Shown: positions 59,012-64,000 of the stretch, piece by piece
How positions within the stretch are numbered: the stretch's first letter is position 1
Layout of the letters: the number at the start of each line of letters is the position of its first letter
Program-made: the position numbers and the translations under genes
The notes under the pieces: generated by a model
Database searches by the model: none
The model's input: the letters and a program-made list of their open reading frames with translations, nothing else
Told to the model about the DNA's origin: nothing
From: Planctomycetota bacterium
GTDB taxonomy: Bacteria; Planctomycetota; PLA2; JAEUHO01
Length of the DNA: 64,000 nt
Assembly (NCBI GenBank): GCA_050248855.1
Contig: JBFWRP010000005.1
Coordinates: forward strand, 96,001 to 160,000
Direction of reading: 5' to 3'

Positions 59012-60206
59012 ATGCGCAAGCTGTGGGCGAGGCATGGGGTCTGGGCAGCGGCACTGGCTGGCTGCTGCATGTTCGCGGGTCCCGTCGCAGCGCGGGAGAA
59101 GCCGCTGCCCGACACGTCGATGTGGATCGAGGCAGGCAAGGCGGGACGCATCCAAGAGGCCGCCGAGGGCCTGGGTCGCCTGCTCGCGATCACGATCAAG
59201 GACGGCGACCTCGTGCATCAGATGGCCGTCGAGGACGCCCTCGAAGAGGCACTCGAAGGTCAGGTGTTCGGCCTCGGAGCCGCCGTCTGGCAGAAGTACG
59301 CCACGGCCTTGGACGGCCTCTTGGCCCAGCTGGGCGACGTCGATGCCTCGCACCCATTGCCCCACGGCTATGCCCTGGAACGCTGCTACGTGGCGACGCG
59401 GCTTGGCAACGCGGAGGGGCTCGAGGCCGCGCAGAAGCTCCTGCGGCGCCGGGCCACGCAAAGGGGCAATGGCGAGTTCGCTGGACGAGTCGACGACTAC
59501 GCAGACGGGCTCGCGGCCGTGGGTGCTGGTCAACCGGAGCAGGCAGGGAAGAGGTTCGGGCCTGTGTGGACGAGCGCAAAGAAGCACGACTGGACCCTGT
59601 TCGCGTGCCACGTGGGGGTTGAGTACGTGGCGGCCCTGGCGGCGACGGACGCCTCCAAGGCGCAGAGCCAGCTCGAGAGCTTCGCCGCTTGGTATCTCGA
59701 ACCGTCGCGCAGCGGCCTGCGCGGCGGCTCGAACGGCTGGGTCGCCGCCAGGATGAAGGCCCTGCCGGGCGAGCTACCTGCGCAGTGGCAGACGCTTCTC
59801 GAGGCGGCTCCCTCCGCCGGGGGATCCGCAGGTGCCGCGGGCGGAGCTGGCGGCAATGCCGTGCGCCCGGGAGCACAAACGCGCGTGGCCGAAGTGCTGG
59901 AGCGCGCCAAGAGCAGCACGGTCCTGGCAGAGGTCACGCGCGGTAGCGACGGGTTCGAGATCCGCTACCCCTTCGAGCGGGCATTCCGCCAGAGCGCCGA
60001 GCCGAACAAGGGCGTCGGCGTGGACCACAAGGCCGAGTTCGGCATCACCTTGGCCATTGGCCACGCGGGCGTGCGCTTGGCCATGCTCGATCTCGTGGGC
60101 AACAAGGGCCAGCCCGGCGGTGCCAGCATGCCCAAGCCGTTCCAGCCCTTGTTCGAGCTGGCCCCAGGCGAGACGTGGACGCTCAAGGCCGACGGCAGCG
60201 TCACGA

Positions 60207-60214
<8 letters not shown>
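59012..60214 (+). CDS. Exported hypothetical protein
   Basis: GGAGG RBS, signal peptide, helical domain plus Gly linker plus beta-rich tail. Confidence 0.72.
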
Positions 60215-60988
<774 letters not shown>

Positions 60989-60989
<1 letters not shown>

Positions 60990-61303
60990 CAGGCCGTCGC
61001 GCCGACCTTGAGCTCCATGACCTGGAACTGCGGCGACGACACGTGACGGTAGGCGATCTCGGGCAGCGTCCCGCTCTCGCGGACGAAGCGGCTCATCTCG
61101 GTGTACGCCGCGCGGTCCTTCATCACGTTCAGCTCGACGAGGCGACCCGTCGGGCCCGACGGCCCCACCTCCTCGTAGACCTCGTAGCGCTCGCTGCCGT
61201 GGGACTCCCAGTAGGGCTTGAGCTCGTCGCGCGCGCGGCGCAGGAACTCGTCCTTGTGACAGGGCTCGATGCTGAAGGTGACCAGGGAGAGGACGCGCGC
61301 CAT
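60989..61303 (-). CDS. Small dimeric alpha+beta barrel (NIPSNAP/ABM-like) protein
   Basis: 104 aa with a beta-alpha-beta pattern (L.PYWESHG..YEVYE); TGATG-coupled to the ATPase gene. Confidence 0.62.
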
Positions 61304-61355
61304 GGCGGCAGGGTCGGGCTCCCGGGCGGGCGGGTCAAGCGGATAGGATGGAGCC

Positions 61356-61793
61356 ATGCGCGCCGTGCTCCTCGTGGCGGTCACCCTGGCGGCGGCCGGA
61401 GGGCTGTGGCTGGCATTCCGCGGGAGCATCGAGCCCAGCCCCGAGCTGACCTCCCCCGACGAGGCCGATCCGGCGGTCGTCGAAGACCCTGCGCGCGAGG
61501 CGGCGATGCGCGCCACGGTCGGCACGCTGGCCGTCCGCGTCCGTACCGAGGGCGGTGAGGTGCCGCCCGGTGCGGAGGTCGGCTACGAGGCCCTGCACCG
61601 CACCACATGGGTCCCCGCCGGGAGGGACGGGGTGCGGACCTTCACCAACGTGCCCGTGGGCATCGTGCACGCCCTGGCGCGCGCGCCCGGCTACGAGACG
61701 GCACGCCAACGCCGCGACCTTCCGCCTGGCCTCGCCGACGAAGCCCTGCTGGTCTTGCGTCGGGCCCCCGGAAGCACCCCGCCGCCGCGGTGA
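61356..61793 (+). CDS. Membrane-anchored carboxypeptidase-regulatory-like domain protein
   Basis: TM helix; GTLAVRV..PGAEV..FTNVPVG..ARAPGY. Confidence 0.72.
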   Translation: MRAVLLVAVTLAAAGGLWLAFRGSIEPSPELTSPDEADPAVVEDPAREAAMRATVGTLAVRVRTEGGEVPPGAEVGYEALHRTTWVPAGRDGVRTFTNVPVGIVHALARAPGYETARQRRDLPPGLADEALLVLRRAPGSTPPPR

Positions 61794-61806
61794 TAGCCTC
61801 CGATCC

Positions 61807-63075
61807 GTGAGCTCCGCCTCCCCCACGTCCTCCGATGCCGCGTTCTCCGAGCGCTACTTTCGCAAGGGCTTGGGCCTGCGCCAGGAGGTGCGCGGCCAGG
61901 TGGCCTCGGAGTACCGCTCCGACTGGGCGCAGGCCTTCCGCGACAGCGGCCACGTCCTGACGTTCGCACGCGGGGACGGCGCCTCCACGACCTTCCAGCT
62001 GGCCCGCGAGTGGGGCTTTTGCTACGGCGTCGAACGCTCGGTGGACTACGCGTACGAGACGCTGCACCGCTTCCCCGACCGGCGCATCGTGCTCACCGGC
62101 GAGATCATCCACAACCCGCGCGTCAACAACCGCCTGCGGGACCTGGGCATCCGCTTCCTCGGCGACGACGACGTGCCCGACGAGTCGGCCATCACGGCCG
62201 AGGATGTGGTGCTGCTGCCGGCCTTCGGCGTGGCGACGGTCCAGTTCGACGCGCTGAAGCAGAGCGGCGCCATCCTCGTGGACACCACGTGTGGCAGCGT
62301 GCTCAACGTCTGGAAGAACGTCGAGCGCTACGCCCGCGACGGCCTCACCTCCCTCGTGCACGGCAAGGCCAATCACGAAGAGACGCGGGCCACCGTCAGC
62401 CGCGCGGGCCTCTACCCGGGCGCGCATAGCCTCGTGGTGCTGGACATGGACGAGGCACGCCTCGTCGTGGACTACATCCTGGGCCGTGGCGACCGGGCCG
62501 CGTTCCTCGAGCGCTTCGCACCGCCCAAGTCGTCGCCGGGCTTCGACCCGGACCTGCACCTGGAACGTATCGGCGTGGCGAACCAGACCACGATGCTCTC
62601 CAGCGAGTCGCTGGCGATCGCCCGCGCCGTGGGCGAGGCCCTGCAGCAGCGCTACGGGGATGCGGACCAGCCCTCGCGCTTCCGCAGCTTCGACACGATC
62701 TGCAGCGCCACGCAGGACCGCCAGGATGCACTGGCCGAGCTCATCCAGCAGCCGATCGACGTGTTGCTGGTGATCGGCGGCTACAACTCGTCCAACACGG
62801 GTCACCTGGCCGAGATGGCCGACGGCATCGTGCCCGCGTTCCACATCACCGGCCCCGAGTGCCTCGTGGACGCCGCGCGCATCCTGCACAAGCCCATCCA
62901 CCAGAAGGACGAGGTCCAGACGATCGGTTGGCTGAGGACCGACGGCGACCTGCGCGTCGGCCTCACCGCCGGCGCCTCCACGCCGGACGTGATGGTGGGC
63001 GCAGTCCTGGAGCGGCTGCTCGAGCTGCGCGGACATGCCGAGCCGTACCAGCCGGCGGGTTCCGCCGACGCCTGA
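61807..63075 (+). CDS. ispH: 4-hydroxy-3-methylbut-2-enyl diphosphate reductase (long, cyanobacterial/plant-like form)
   Basis: GFCYGVE, EIIHNP, DTTC, NQTT, DTICSATQDRQ, GGYNSSNT and TAGASTPD motifs. Confidence 0.95.
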   Translation: MSSASPTSSDAAFSERYFRKGLGLRQEVRGQVASEYRSDWAQAFRDSGHVLTFARGDGASTTFQLAREWGFCYGVERSVDYAYETLHRFPDRRIVLTGEIIHNPRVNNRLRDLGIRFLGDDDVPDESAITAEDVVLLPAFGVATVQFDALKQSGAILVDTTCGSVLNVWKNVERYARDGLTSLVHGKANHEETRATVSRAGLYPGAHSLVVLDMDEARLVVDYILGRGDRAAFLERFAPPKSSPGFDPDLHLERIGVANQTTMLSSESLAIARAVGEALQQRYGDADQPSRFRSFDTICSATQDRQDALAELIQQPIDVLLVIGGYNSSNTGHLAEMADGIVPAFHITGPECLVDAARILHKPIHQKDEVQTIGWLRTDGDLRVGLTAGASTPDVMVGAVLERLLELRGHAEPYQPAGSADA

Positions 63076-64000
63076 TCACGTCTTCAGGCGCGGGTCGAGC
63101 GCGTCGCGCATGGCGTCGGCGAGCAGGTTGACCGCGAGAACAAGACCGAACATGGCCACGGTCGCGGCGGTGATCTGCCACCAGACGGACGGCGTGCGGA
63201 TCAGCTCCTGCGCACCCTGGCGGATCATGGCGCCCCACGAGGCCTCTTCGGGCTCGAGGCCCAGGCCCAGGAACGAGAGCACGACCTCGAACTTGATCGC
63301 GCTGATGAACAGCAGCGAGAAGCTGACCAGCACCAAGTGGAATGCATTGGGCAGGACGTGCTTGAACAGCAAGCGGCTCGTGGGAAGGCCCAGGCTGCGA
63401 CCGGCGGTCACGTACTCCAGCTCGCGCAGCTTGATGATCTCGCCACGCACGACGCGGCAGATGCCCACCCAGCTGGTGAGACCAACCGCGATGATGATCT
63501 GGAAGAGGCCGAGGGACAGGTCCAGACTCGTCCGGAAGAAGCTGGCGTTGAACCAGTCCTTGAGCTCGGGCTGCTGGCGGAAGACATAGGCGAACGCCAA
63601 CAACAGCAGCAGGTACGGGATGCTGCTGATCGTCGTGTAGAGCCAGACGACGAGGTCGTCGACCCAACCGCCGAAAAAGCCGGCCACGGCCCCCAGCAAC
63701 ACGCCGATGAAGCAGGAGAGCGTGGCCGCAAAGAGCCCGATCCACAGCGCGGTCGTCGTCCCCCGCAGCGTGAGGGACAGCACGTCGCGGCCCTGGAAGT
63801 CGGTGCCCAGCGTGGGGACCTCGCTGGAGGCCAGCTTGCGCGCCGGCTCGTTGTCCTGGGATTTGGCGTACTCGGTCCCGGGCTCGAGGTGCTCCATGCC
63901 CCGACGCGTGGCCGCGTAGCCCGACGCGATCCAGCCGGCCTGGGCCGCGATGCCCACGTAGACGTAGAGCAGGAAGAGGACCATGCTCGCCATCGCCACG
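63076..64000 (-). CDS. Oligopeptide/dipeptide ABC transporter permease (OppC/DppC-like); 5' end may lie outside the window
   Basis: LGTDFQGRD, EYVTAGRSLG, HVLPN, LSFLGLG and DAMRDALDPR motifs. Confidence 0.92.
   Translation of the reverse strand, partial: VAMASMVLFLLYVYVGIAAQAGWIASGYAATRRGMEHLEPGTEYAKSQDNEPARKLASSEVPTLGTDFQGRDVLSLTLRGTTTALWIGLFAATLSCFIGVLLGAVAGFFGGWVDDLVVWLYTTISSIPYLLLLLAFAYVFRQQPELKDWFNASFFRTSLDLSLGLFQIIIAVGLTSWVGICRVVRGEIIKLRELEYVTAGRSLGLPTSRLLFKHVLPNAFHLVLVSFSLLFISAIKFEVVLSFLGLGLEPEEASWGAMIRQGAQELIRTPSVWWQITAATVAMFGLVLAVNLLADAMRDALDPRLKT

Overview
A very GC-rich (visually >70%) Gram-negative bacterial window. It is probably from a Planctomycetota-like organism; this is inferred from the many exported HEAT, VWA, CAP and FGE-sulfatase proteins, kdsA/kdsB and the homodimeric GlyRS. 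The backbone is housekeeping: tRNA-Thr(CGT), acpS, kdsA, lysA, a FliA/WhiG-type sigma factor, glyQS, pyrG, kdsB, an RluA-family synthase, methylmalonyl-CoA mutase/epimerase and propionyl-CoA carboxylase genes, feoAB, pdxH and ispH. Three accessory regions stand out. (1) 49.4-54.5 kb: a single ORF fuses an N-terminal helical region, a Zn-finger HNH nuclease and a full-length RuvB-like AAA+ motor. Its linker carries five copies of a 14-bp DNA palindrome. It lies just upstream of an orphan vsr, from which it is separated by an IS66-type MITE inserted into a perfect hairpin. (2) 38.4-44.2 kb: a TPR-SLOG-class III nucleotide cyclase with non-canonical specificity residues is divergent from a tandem cNMP-binding protein with altered binding cassettes. 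Two exported YbjN-like proteins and a TIR-TM-FGE-sulfatase protein follow. (3) 1-1.2 kb: the edge of a tRNA-Thr-anchored island, with a duplicated att-like site, short repeats and a 5'-truncated ORF. Also notable are an ApgM homolog lacking its catalytic residues and two tandem di-heme proteins divergent from feoAB. All calls come from reading motifs by eye; no searches were run.
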